Origin: Waterburya sp.
Lineage (GTDB): Bacteria; Cyanobacteriota; Cyanobacteriia; Cyanobacteriales; Xenococcaceae
Assembly (NCBI GenBank): GCA_965218345.1
Contig: CBDCKS010000002.1
Coordinates: forward strand, 1,408,433-1,472,432
DNA: 64,000 bases
Direction of reading: 5' to 3'
A model generated the notes under the pieces. That model was not told where the DNA came from and ran no database searches. It saw nothing but the letters and a program-made list of their open reading frames with translations. Positions 1 through 8,476 of this stretch are shown in pieces; positions within the stretch are counted from its first letter, which is position 1, and each line of letters starts with the position of its first letter. The translations under genes and the position numbers were made by a program.

Positions 1-834
1 GATCTGACCTTGAGGAGTGTGGCGAATGGCGTTACTAAGCAAATTGACTAAAATCTGTTCTAAGCGATCGCTATCTGCCATGATGTAGGGCAAATGATTA
101 GAACAGTCTAAACTTAAAGTGCGATCGCTATCTAATAACTGATCGCTAAACTTTTCTACTAGGGGATTAAGAATAGAGCGCAGGTTTACTGGGCGCAAAT
201 TGATAGCCAGGTTTCCTGCTTCGGCTTGAGATAGTTCTTGTAGATCGTTAACCAAACGCTGAAGACGCTTGGTTTCACGAATTAGCCGAGCATAAATTGT
301 CGAGTTAGCCAGAATAATACCATCGGCAATTTCTTCTAAACGGCCACGAATTATGGTCAGAGGTGTCCGCAACTCATGGGTAAGGTCGTCAATAATTTCT
401 CGCCTTCTCTGTTCTACATCCTCTAAACTAGCTGCCATACGATTAAAACCCATAGCCAGGCGATCTAATTCAGTAATTTCTAAATGGGACATCCTCTCGT
501 CAAACTTACCGTTGGCAAATTTATCAACAATACTTTCCATGTGGTTTAATGGCTGGACAATCCGCTTGGCAATCCAATAGCTGAGGATTCCTGCTGCTAA
601 AGTACCGATTAAAAATGACCAAAAATTACCTCTAGCCCAAGCTGTCTTAAATACTTCTAAGAGCAAAGAATTGGCAGTATATACACTTAAGTCTTTTTCT
701 TCTAAAGTTCTGACCTGAAATAGAAAAAATCGGGGGGAAAAAAAGTTCCCCACTATAGAAGAGGCTGTCACCCCTACGACAGTTACCAAAATATGGGAGA
801 AAAAAAGTCGTGCCTGTAAATTCAGCTTTCTCAT
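1..834 (-). CDS. Sensor histidine kinase (TM-HAMP-HisKA-HATPase), 3' end runs off the window
   Basis: The minus frame is open from ATG (832-834) to the window edge, so it is absent from the ORF track for lack of a stop. My translation starts MRKLNLQARLFFSHILVTVVG, contains the H-box DDLTHELRTPLT and ends LVNLLSNAIRHTPQGQI. It lies 19 bp downstream of the cognate response regulator. Confidence 0.8.
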   Translation of the reverse strand, partial: MRKLNLQARLFFSHILVTVVGVTASSIVGNFFSPRFFLFQVRTLEEKDLSVYTANSLLLEVFKTAWARGNFWSFLIGTLAAGILSYWIAKRIVQPLNHMESIVDKFANGKFDERMSHLEITELDRLAMGFNRMAASLEDVEQRRREIIDDLTHELRTPLTIIRGRLEEIADGIILANSTIYARLIRETKRLQRLVNDLQELSQAEAGNLAINLRPVNLRSILNPLVEKFSDQLLDSDRTLSLDCSNHLPYIMADSDRLEQILVNLLSNAIRHTPQGQI

Positions 835-853
835 TTTGCTCTGGCTAAAATGA

Positions 854-1555
854 CTATAAGTCTTCAAATTTATAACCTACGCCGACAACAGTTTGAATGA
901 AGATTGGTTTACTGGCATGGGGTTCAACTTTCTTGCGTAGTCTAGCTATATGAGTATCAATCACCCTTTCTTCTCCAAAGAAATCATCACCCCAGAGCTT
1001 TTCGATTAGCTGTCCCCTTTCCCAAACTCTGCCTGGATGTTTGATAAATAAAGCCATGAGCTTAAATTCAGAAGAAGATAAATCTAGCTGTTCTATTGAT
1101 TCAGGATCTAAATGGCGATTGATACAGTGTTGTTCTAGGTCAATGGTAAAAGATTTGGTCTTGATTAATCCCAGGCGATCGCTTTCTCGCAAACGACGAC
1201 GTAACAAAGCTCGCACCCTAGCAACTAATTCTCTAGGGCTAAAAGGTTTGATGTAATAATCATCCGCTCCTGTAGACAAACCAATGATGCGATCGATTTC
1301 TTCCCCTCTAGAAGTCAACATCAAAATATAAGGGTCATTAGCCACTGATTTTTGGCGAATTTGGGTGCATATTTCTAAACCATCTATTCCTGGGAGTCTA
1401 ATATCGAGAATAATTAAATCAGGCTGTAGTTCAGCAAAAAGCTGTAAAGCTGAATCACCGTCATGACAGACACAACAAGAAAACCCTTCTGCTACCAAAC
1501 ATTCTTGAATGATTTGGGCTATCTCACGCTCGTCTTCAACGATTAAAATCTCCAT
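854..1555 (-). CDS. OmpR/PhoB-family response regulator
   Basis: Receiver motifs are present (ILIVEDE, DLIILDIRLPGIDG, KPF). The C-terminal winged-helix region carries VIDTHIARLRKK...GVGYKF. Confidence 0.9.
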   Translation of the reverse strand: MEILIVEDEREIAQIIQECLVAEGFSCCVCHDGDSALQLFAELQPDLIILDIRLPGIDGLEICTQIRQKSVANDPYILMLTSRGEEIDRIIGLSTGADDYYIKPFSPRELVARVRALLRRRLRESDRLGLIKTKSFTIDLEQHCINRHLDPESIEQLDLSSSEFKLMALFIKHPGRVWERGQLIEKLWGDDFFGEERVIDTHIARLRKKVEPHASKPIFIQTVVGVGYKFEDL

Positions 1556-1703
1556 AGTTAGGCAAATTACTTTTTTGATGATTTAAGCATTTGATATTTA
1601 ATTGCACCTTCATACGTTATGTAATTTTATGATCTTTCCTGGAAAGAGTAAAAAAGACAATGCTAAAAAGTATTATAATTATCCTAAATTTTTAAAATAT
1701 AAT

Positions 1704-2105
1704 ATGGCAGATATTGTTGATATTGCAGTAAATACAGAGGGTTTTAGTACATTAGTCGCTGCGGTCAAGGCAGCTAATTTAGTAGAAACTTTGAAAACGC
1801 CAGGACCATTTACCATTTTCGCGCCTAACGATGCTGCCTTCGCCAAGCTGCCTCCAGGCACAGTTCAAACTTTAGTTCAAAACCCGCCTCAATTAGCCAG
1901 AATACTAACCTATCATGTGGTTGCAGGGAAATTAACCAAAGCAGATTTGAGTCAGGTAGATTCTGTAAATTCTGTAGAAGGTTCGCCAATTTCAATTAAT
2001 TGTGCTGATGCTTTTGAAGTAAAAAATGCCACAGTAATTGCAGCAGATATTGAAGCCGACAATGGCATTATCCATGTGATTGATAATGTTATTTTGATGG
2101 GATAG
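1704..2105 (+). CDS. Fasciclin (FAS1) domain protein
   Basis: FAS1 signatures [33 protein letters not shown] and [11 protein letters not shown] are present. I prefer the internal ATG at 1704 (MADIVDIA) over the AT-rich upstream extension from 1602. Confidence 0.85.
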   Translation: MADIVDIAVNTEGFSTLVAAVKAANLVETLKTPGPFTIFAPNDAAFAKLPPGTVQTLVQNPPQLARILTYHVVAGKLTKADLSQVDSVNSVEGSPISINCADAFEVKNATVIAADIEADNGIIHVIDNVILMG

Positions 2106-2163
2106 TTTAATTAATGGACAATGGAACAATTAATTTAATTGTTGTCGATCGCTGAAATAGAGA

Positions 2164-3078
2164 TTAAACGTCTCGTATCGCCTCAATAATTTGTTGTCGT
2201 AGCCATTGATGTGCCAGATTATTGGTATGACGCTGATGCCAAACCATAGATACAGTAAAGCCTTCAATAGGCATGGGTGGAGGTAAGATCTTTAAGTTCA
2301 TCGCTTTGGCGCATCGTTGAGCCATCCGCTTGGGTAGCAATGCCACACAGTCGGAATTGGCTAATAAAAAAGGGACTGTCATAAAGTGAGTTGTAGACCA
2401 AATTACTTGGCGAGATTGTTGCTGTAGCTCTAAAATGCGATCGCCTTCTCCTTGAAAATCATCTCGCAGAGATACGAGAATGTGCGATCGCGCTAAATAA
2501 TCCGCCAAAGATATCTCTGTTATTAAGTCGTCTCCTCGAAAGACACAAACAAATTCTTCTTGATATAAATTTTCCTCAATCTGCCAACTTTTGAGGTTTA
2601 AGCAAGGATTAATTGCCAAGTCTATTTCATTGTTATCCAAGGCATCCATGACGGTAGATTTTTCTAAATGTTTAATCCGTATGCGTATATTTGGTGCTTG
2701 AGCAACTAACTGCGGTAAAAGATTGACCCCGATTGTGGCTTCTACATAATCACTCGTAGCAATTCTAAAAGTTTCACTGCTGGTGGCGGGATTAAAAGCT
2801 TCCTTTTCTAGTAAAGTTGCTTGAATTTCTTCTAGAATTTGCCGAAGGCGATCGCTTATTTGCCTTGCATAAGGGGTAACTTCCATTTCTCTAGATGTGC
2901 GAATCAAAATATCATCATCCAAAATAGTTCGCAATTTCTTTAGAGAATAACTCATTGCTGACTGACTCAAATCAAGCCTCTCTGCTGCTTTAGTTACACT
3001 TGCTTCGGTAATCAAAACGTCCAGAGCAATTAACAAGTTGAGATCGAGTTGGCGAAGGCTGGAGTAATCAATATTCAT
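2164..3078 (-). CDS. LysR-family transcriptional regulator
   Basis: N-terminal HTH (LDLNLLIALDVLITEASVTKAAERLDLSQSAMSYSLKKLR) followed by a LysR substrate-binding domain. It is divergent from the oxidoreductase gene. Confidence 0.9.
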   Translation of the reverse strand: MNIDYSSLRQLDLNLLIALDVLITEASVTKAAERLDLSQSAMSYSLKKLRTILDDDILIRTSREMEVTPYARQISDRLRQILEEIQATLLEKEAFNPATSSETFRIATSDYVEATIGVNLLPQLVAQAPNIRIRIKHLEKSTVMDALDNNEIDLAINPCLNLKSWQIEENLYQEEFVCVFRGDDLITEISLADYLARSHILVSLRDDFQGEGDRILELQQQSRQVIWSTTHFMTVPFLLANSDCVALLPKRMAQRCAKAMNLKILPPPMPIEGFTVSMVWHQRHTNNLAHQWLRQQIIEAIRDV

Positions 3079-3202
3079 GCAAATCAGTTCTAATATCGAT
3101 AGAATTGATGTATATCATTTATAACATTTGTTTGACTAATATAATCAATTTTACTAATCTACAGATATCAATTTAAAAGTAATGATTTGGGTTTTAAAAA
3201 CA

Positions 3203-3853
3203 ATGAAAATTGGATTTATTGGCTACGGAAGCATGGCTGAAGCGTTAGCTTCTAAATGGGTTACTAAGCACTCGCTGTTTATTGGTGGACGCAACCTAGA
3301 AAAAGCTGAAAAGTTAGCTAAAAAACTAGGCACAGATGTTGAATTTGGCACAGAAGCTGAAGCTGCATCATTCGGCGAAATTGTAGTTTTAGCGACTACC
3401 CATGAGGCGGTTTTTGAAGCGATCGATGCTGCTGGCGGGAGTGATGCTTTAGCTGACAAAGTTTTACTTGATATCAATAATCCAGTAGATACATCTAATT
3501 TTTTAGCAAAAACGTATGACGGCAAGTCTTTATTGGAAGAGATTGCCAGGGTTGTTCCCCAGGCTCATCTGGTCAAAGCCTTCAATATGTGCCAAGCGAA
3601 AGTATGGCAAATGAATCCTCCAGTATTCGATAATCGCCCTCTGGTGGTAATGTATTGCGGAGACAACGACCCCGCTAAACAAAAAATTGCTACCTTAATT
3701 GAAGATGTAGGTTGTGAAGCCAAAGACATTGGCGATTCAAAATATGCGCGAATGCTCGAACCTGCTGCTGCGATAGTCATTAAATTGCTCTTTTCAGGAC
3801 ATGATGCTTATACAGTTCTCAATCTTATTCAGCCAGAAGTAAAAGCAATTTAA
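3203..3853 (+). CDS. NADP-dependent oxidoreductase (F420-dependent NADP reductase / ProC-like Rossmann protein)
   Basis: N-terminal MKIGFIGYGSMAEALA dinucleotide-binding motif and about 216 aa. The start is taken at the internal ATG at 3203. Confidence 0.7.
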   Translation: MKIGFIGYGSMAEALASKWVTKHSLFIGGRNLEKAEKLAKKLGTDVEFGTEAEAASFGEIVVLATTHEAVFEAIDAAGGSDALADKVLLDINNPVDTSNFLAKTYDGKSLLEEIARVVPQAHLVKAFNMCQAKVWQMNPPVFDNRPLVVMYCGDNDPAKQKIATLIEDVGCEAKDIGDSKYARMLEPAAAIVIKLLFSGHDAYTVLNLIQPEVKAI

Positions 3854-3979
3854 GCTAAATTACACAGTTAAATTATGTAAATTATGCAGTTTTTAGCGAT
3901 CGCGCGAGGTGACTTTAACCAAATGAGCAAACAAGATTATTATATTGGCATCAAAGATAATTAGTTTCGAGATAAAAAT

Positions 3980-4636
3980 ATGGAACGCGCTTACGGATTA
4001 GAAATCCCACAAAACCTAGAGGAAGTATGTTCTCCAGATAAGATGGCATTGCTAGTTTACGATATGCAGGTTGGTATTATGAATCAGTTACCAACAGAAA
4101 AAACTAACCGTATTACTAAACAAGTATTGCAAGTATTAGAAGCAGCTAGAAGAGGAGGATTTCGAGTATTTTTTGCTCGTCATTTGTCTTTGCCTCAAGA
4201 AGCAGCAGGAATTTCTCAATTGCGCCAGGCAATGATGTGGCAGCGAACTAATAAGGTTGCCGAAATTAATTCTTGGTTTTTACGAGATTGTGAGAGTTTT
4301 CAATTAATTCCCGAATTAGCTCCCCTTGATTCTGAAGTAATCTTTGACAAAATTACCATGTCAGCTTTTGAGGGAACATTTCTCGATATTGCTCTCAGGG
4401 ATTGCGGAATTAACTCGTTTGCCATTGTCGGCATAGCCACAGAAATAGGCATAGAACCGACTATCCGTCATGGCAGCGATCGCGGTTATATTCCAGTATT
4501 AGTTATTGATGCCTGCGGTGCAGGAAATGACGAAGCAGGAGAAAGATCTATACAGAGTATTCAATTCATCGGCGATGCCATGGTGACGGATGTGAAAACC
4601 ATCTGCAATCTTTTTGAGAAACATAATAACAGCTAA
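3980..4636 (+). CDS. Isochorismatase-family cysteine hydrolase
   Basis: ALLVYDMQ near the N-terminus, the IVGIATEIG motif and a VIDACG nucleophile-Cys motif are typical of the family. Confidence 0.8.
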   Translation: MERAYGLEIPQNLEEVCSPDKMALLVYDMQVGIMNQLPTEKTNRITKQVLQVLEAARRGGFRVFFARHLSLPQEAAGISQLRQAMMWQRTNKVAEINSWFLRDCESFQLIPELAPLDSEVIFDKITMSAFEGTFLDIALRDCGINSFAIVGIATEIGIEPTIRHGSDRGYIPVLVIDACGAGNDEAGERSIQSIQFIGDAMVTDVKTICNLFEKHNNS

Positions 4637-4684
4637 GTATAGTCATTCTAATTAATTTCCGTACCTTCTAATTTATCGTTGAGA

Positions 4685-4718
4685 GGTAGTAGGTAGTAGG
4701 TAGTAGGTAGTAGGTAGT
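4685..4718. repeat. Heptanucleotide tandem repeat (GGTAGTA) x about 4.9
   Basis: Direct reading: ggtagta ggtagta ggtagta ggtagta ggtagt(g). It sits in the convergent intergenic region between the isochorismatase-like gene and cupA. Confidence 0.95.
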
Positions 4719-4855
4719 GACCCTATATCAAACCAGAGGTCGAAAAGGTTTGGCAGTATTATGCAGCCGATATTTGGCGATAAATAGAAAAAAAGATGGG
4801 GAATGGCGATCGCCCACCTTACTAGAATAGACTTCTGACTTTAAGCAAATATTTT

Positions 4856-6142
4856 TTAACGATATTCGGAACTTTGAATATCTTGCAAACGAGCTTCATC
4901 ACGTAAAAAACGATCTATTTGAGCCGTAAAAAACGCGCGATTCTTGGCTAAATGTTCGGGATTAGTATCGTCTAGAGGATATAGTAAAGCTTGACGCAAG
5001 GCTTGAATTACTGCCGAAGTAACATTGTACATCGATCGCTGAAAAGTAATTCCTAACTGCACCAGCATATCATCTTCACCACGACAATGTTGTTTGTAAT
5101 AGTCCACCAGATAGTCGGGTAGAAAATGCCACATATCATCCATTAGCAGTGTAGGGGGAATTCCCGCCATGCCTACAGGGATAACATCAGCGTAAAGAAT
5201 GCCATAGTGAAATTCTGCTTGATTTTCTGGTATTTGCTTGGCTTGGGCATTATAAGATTTTGTGCCACGGAAGGGGGAAGTGCGATAAAAAACAGTTTCT
5301 ACATAAGGCAATGCAGCCTCATATAACCAGGTAAAGCCTTGGGATTTAGGAATGATTTCAAAGCATTCATCTCCAATATAGACATGATGGTAAATTGGTC
5401 TACCTGCTACTGCAAAGATGCCGTTAACTAGAAAATCCATTGCCTCTTTGACGGTGGTCATTTTACCTTCGTCGTAGAGATCGGACATTTCTAGAAACAC
5501 AGGACACATCACTTCCCAAAATAGACCTAAATTAGAATAGTAAGATAGCTGTCGTACCTGTTCGAGAAACATATCAGGAAAGAGCTTATACATTCCCAAC
5601 ATTACAGGGTTGTTTTTAAAGTATGCCTTAATTGCCCGATCTGCATTGGCTTTATATTCATCGCTATCTAGATAAGCGTTGAACTTAGGATTTGTATCCT
5701 CATGCCAAAACATTGCCCGCATACAGGCTTCAGCAAACTCCATGTTAATGCGATCGTGGTTGAGATGATGCAGTAGCTTGGGCATTTTTCCCGTTTCACC
5801 CTGGGCGATAAACTCTAATAGTTCTGGGTGTGCCGATGCTTCACCTCGCCAGACTCCAAGATCTGCATCTTTTCCTGCATAGTGATTGGGTAAGTCTAGA
5901 TATTTTTGGGGCAAAAAGTATTTGAAAAAAGGCAGAGGATTTAAGAAAACTCGTTCGGCAATATAAAGTAGATCCCGCCAATAAAAATCCATCGGGATAG
6001 CATAAGCTTTATAGATACCAATGATCTGCATCAAGTTTTCGGGGGTATCAGGCAGCATCGAACCTCCTGCCTCTAAACGCTGGATCACGTCAGCGAATTG
6101 ATGGTTAGAAGGTGGTAATTTTGTTTTTATAGATTGAGTCAT
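4856..6142 (-). CDS. cupA: CO2-hydration protein CupA/ChpY of the NDH-1MS (NDH-1_3) complex
   Basis: A 428-aa soluble protein lies directly downstream of the ndhD-like gene. Its length fits CupA (about 430-450 aa) rather than CupB (about 375 aa), and the gene order ndhF-ndhD-cup agrees. Confidence 0.8.
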   Translation of the reverse strand: MTQSIKTKLPPSNHQFADVIQRLEAGGSMLPDTPENLMQIIGIYKAYAIPMDFYWRDLLYIAERVFLNPLPFFKYFLPQKYLDLPNHYAGKDADLGVWRGEASAHPELLEFIAQGETGKMPKLLHHLNHDRINMEFAEACMRAMFWHEDTNPKFNAYLDSDEYKANADRAIKAYFKNNPVMLGMYKLFPDMFLEQVRQLSYYSNLGLFWEVMCPVFLEMSDLYDEGKMTTVKEAMDFLVNGIFAVAGRPIYHHVYIGDECFEIIPKSQGFTWLYEAALPYVETVFYRTSPFRGTKSYNAQAKQIPENQAEFHYGILYADVIPVGMAGIPPTLLMDDMWHFLPDYLVDYYKQHCRGEDDMLVQLGITFQRSMYNVTSAVIQALRQALLYPLDDTNPEHLAKNRAFFTAQIDRFLRDEARLQDIQSSEYR

Positions 6143-6177
6143 GATAATTTTTGAGGTAGAAAGACGATCTTGTGAAG

Positions 6178-6197
6178 GGGCAAACGACCGTTTGCCC
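6178..6197 (-). other. Perfect 8-bp/4-nt-loop hairpin in the ndhD3-cupA spacer
   Basis: gggcaaac gacc gtttgccc. No U-run follows on the transcribed strand, so it is not a canonical terminator. Confidence 0.7.
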
Positions 6198-6204
6198 TTA
6201 CTGT

Positions 6205-7701
6205 TTATTTTTGAGCGACAATAGTTGTATTGATTGGATGACTAGCAATAATGCTAAATTCGGTGAGGTTCGTTAGCCAGGCTGGCTGTATTCCCAAGAT
6301 GACAATTAAGAAAGCCAAAATAAATGCGGGCAAACGTTCGGCTAATCTTACTTTGGGATAAACAACGGTCGTTTGGCGACAGTCAATTTTGCCAAAAAAT
6401 GCTTTATTAAGCAGAATGACAAAGTAAACCGAAGTTAGACCTGTAGCAACTAAGCAAAGTATCGTGAAAGTAGGAAATACGGTAAAGCTTCCTTGAAAAG
6501 AAATATATTCGCCAATAAAACCGACCATACCAGGTATACCCGCGCTTGCCATGACGGAAAGAATCATCAGACCACCAATGACGGGTAGACCTCGTTGCGG
6601 ATTCATCAACCCATTAAGAACGCTGAGATCGCGATCGCCAGTTTTGTTTTCTACAACCCCGACTAGGTAAAACAACAGTGCCACAATTAACCCGTGGGCA
6701 AACATCTGGCAAATTGCTCCTGATATGGCAATAGAAGTACCTGCTGCCGTTGCTAAAACTACAAAGGCGATATGGGCAATGGAACTATACGCAACCATTT
6801 TTTTGATGTCAGTTTGAGAAATAGCCACAAACGAAGCGTATAAAGCACTAACAGTTGCGATCGCAGCTAACCAAAAAGCAACATCATTCCATAGTTGAGG
6901 AAACAACCCCAAACCAAAGCGGATTAAGCCATAAGTTCCTAATTTGGAAAGTATCCCAGCTAAAATCATCGACACTGGCGTTGGGGATTCTGTATAGGCA
7001 TCGGGCAACCAGGTATGTAGAGGAACAAGAGGAATTTTGATGGCAAAACCGATAATCAAGGTGATTAAAAGAATTAGCTGTTTGCCATAGGGTAATATTT
7101 GAGTTTGAACCATCTCATAGTCAAAGCTGCTGTCAGTCAAAAAGGCAATTCCTAAAAATCCAGCCAGAATAAAAATACCAGATAATGCCGTATAAAGCAG
7201 ATACTTTGTGCCTGCATAGCCACGATTTTTTCCTCCCCAAATATTAATTAAGAGATAGGTAGGAATTAGCTTGATTTCATAGAAGAGAAAAAACAATAGC
7301 AGGTTTTGTGCTAATAATGCCCCATTAATACAGCCTGCTAAAATTAGGATTAGACTGTAAAAAAGTTTGGGTCTAGCAAAACTTTTTTCATTTTTTAGAG
7401 CTAAATCACTACTGTAAATAGCTAAAGAAATTAATAAGTTATTAAGGACGATCAAGGGGAGAGATAAGCCATCAATTCCTAAATTGTAATTAAGTCCTAA
7501 AACCTCAATCCAAGGTAAGAATTCGCTTGATTGTATACCTTGAATTTGGAAGTCATAGCGAAAAATTAATAACAAAGAAAGCACAAATGCTACAACACTA
7601 ATTACTAAACTTGTTGTCCGTGTTGATTGTGGATTTTTGTTAGGTAAACAAGCAACGAGCAATGCACCTGCTATAGGTAACCAAACTAGAAAACTAAGCA
7701 T
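6205..7701 (-). CDS. ndhD3: NAD(P)H-quinone oxidoreductase subunit D3 (NuoM/NdhD antiporter-like)
   Basis: A 498-aa polytopic membrane protein with NuoM-type sequence (LHTWLPDAYTESPTPVSMILAGILSKLGTYG). Its position between ndhF3 and cupA supports the D3 assignment. Confidence 0.8.
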   Translation of the reverse strand: MLSFLVWLPIAGALLVACLPNKNPQSTRTTSLVISVVAFVLSLLLIFRYDFQIQGIQSSEFLPWIEVLGLNYNLGIDGLSLPLIVLNNLLISLAIYSSDLALKNEKSFARPKLFYSLILILAGCINGALLAQNLLLFFLFYEIKLIPTYLLINIWGGKNRGYAGTKYLLYTALSGIFILAGFLGIAFLTDSSFDYEMVQTQILPYGKQLILLITLIIGFAIKIPLVPLHTWLPDAYTESPTPVSMILAGILSKLGTYGLIRFGLGLFPQLWNDVAFWLAAIATVSALYASFVAISQTDIKKMVAYSSIAHIAFVVLATAAGTSIAISGAICQMFAHGLIVALLFYLVGVVENKTGDRDLSVLNGLMNPQRGLPVIGGLMILSVMASAGIPGMVGFIGEYISFQGSFTVFPTFTILCLVATGLTSVYFVILLNKAFFGKIDCRQTTVVYPKVRLAERLPAFILAFLIVILGIQPAWLTNLTEFSIIASHPINTTIVAQK

Positions 7702-7735
7702 GAGTTAAAGTTTTGATAATAAATAAAATAGTGAG

Positions 7736-8455
7736 CTAAGTAATTATCTGAACTTCTGCTGTGTCCAAATCGTAATAACCACCAACAATTTTTAACTTGT
7801 TTTCCTTAATTAATTGTGAGAGTAATGGGGATGACTTTAAGTTATTAATTTGGAGCAAAACGTTATTTTTAATAGTTTCCGTTAGATAGTTTTGATCAGT
7901 TTTATCTCCTTCTTTAATAGCTGGTTGAATTGCTGCCAAAATACTGCCAATACTTCCTGGGACTGGTTTACCTGCAACGGCTGCTGTTACAGCACCACAA
8001 TTTTCATGACCAAGCACTAAAATTAACTTGCCGCCCGCTATAGCACTACCAAATTCCAGGCTGCCAATTTCTTCGGGGGTGGCAATATTTCCTGCACCGC
8101 GAACCACAAAAATATCGCCAAATCCTTGGTCGAAAAGGATTTCTACAGGAACACGAGAATCAGCGCAACCAAGAACCGAGGCAAAAGGAAATTGCCCTTT
8201 AGCGACTTCAGCTATACGTTTGGCATCTTGGTCGGGATTTTGACGTTGATTAGTCACAAATCTTTTATTGCCTGCGAGCAACATATTTAATGCTTCATCA
8301 GGAGTAATATTTTCGTTAGTAGCTTTTGGAGCGTCATCGGCAGACTCAGCAAGAACGGAGTTGCCGATAAAGCTCTTGGCTACAACCGTTGTTCCCAGAG
8401 CGATCGCTCCGTATTGTAATAGTTTTCTTCTAGAGGTTGAAAAATTGTCTTTCAT
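7736..8455 (-). CDS. Beta-class carbonic anhydrase with twin-arginine (Tat) signal peptide, EcaB-like
   Basis: Beta-CA zinc-ligand motifs CADSRV and HENCGAV are present. The N-terminus MKDNFSTSRRKLLQYGAIALGTTVVAKSF has an S-R-R-x-L-L Tat motif plus a hydrophobic h-region, and no lipobox Cys. Confidence 0.85.
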   Translation of the reverse strand: MKDNFSTSRRKLLQYGAIALGTTVVAKSFIGNSVLAESADDAPKATNENITPDEALNMLLAGNKRFVTNQRQNPDQDAKRIAEVAKGQFPFASVLGCADSRVPVEILFDQGFGDIFVVRGAGNIATPEEIGSLEFGSAIAGGKLILVLGHENCGAVTAAVAGKPVPGSIGSILAAIQPAIKEGDKTDQNYLTETIKNNVLLQINNLKSSPLLSQLIKENKLKIVGGYYDLDTAEVQIIT

Positions 8456-8476
8456 GTTTTTAGAAAAATAATAGTT

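Noticed and set aside
353-580. 75-aa plus-strand ORF
   Set aside because: It lies antisense within the histidine kinase reading frame, which carries clear H-box and N-box motifs on the minus strand.
2164-3078. The LysR regulator as the CcmR/NdhR of the CO2-uptake operon
   Set aside because: It lies 7 kb from the ndhF3 promoter, separated by unrelated genes, and is divergently paired with the oxidoreductase gene at 3203. Nothing in the sequence links it to ndhF3.
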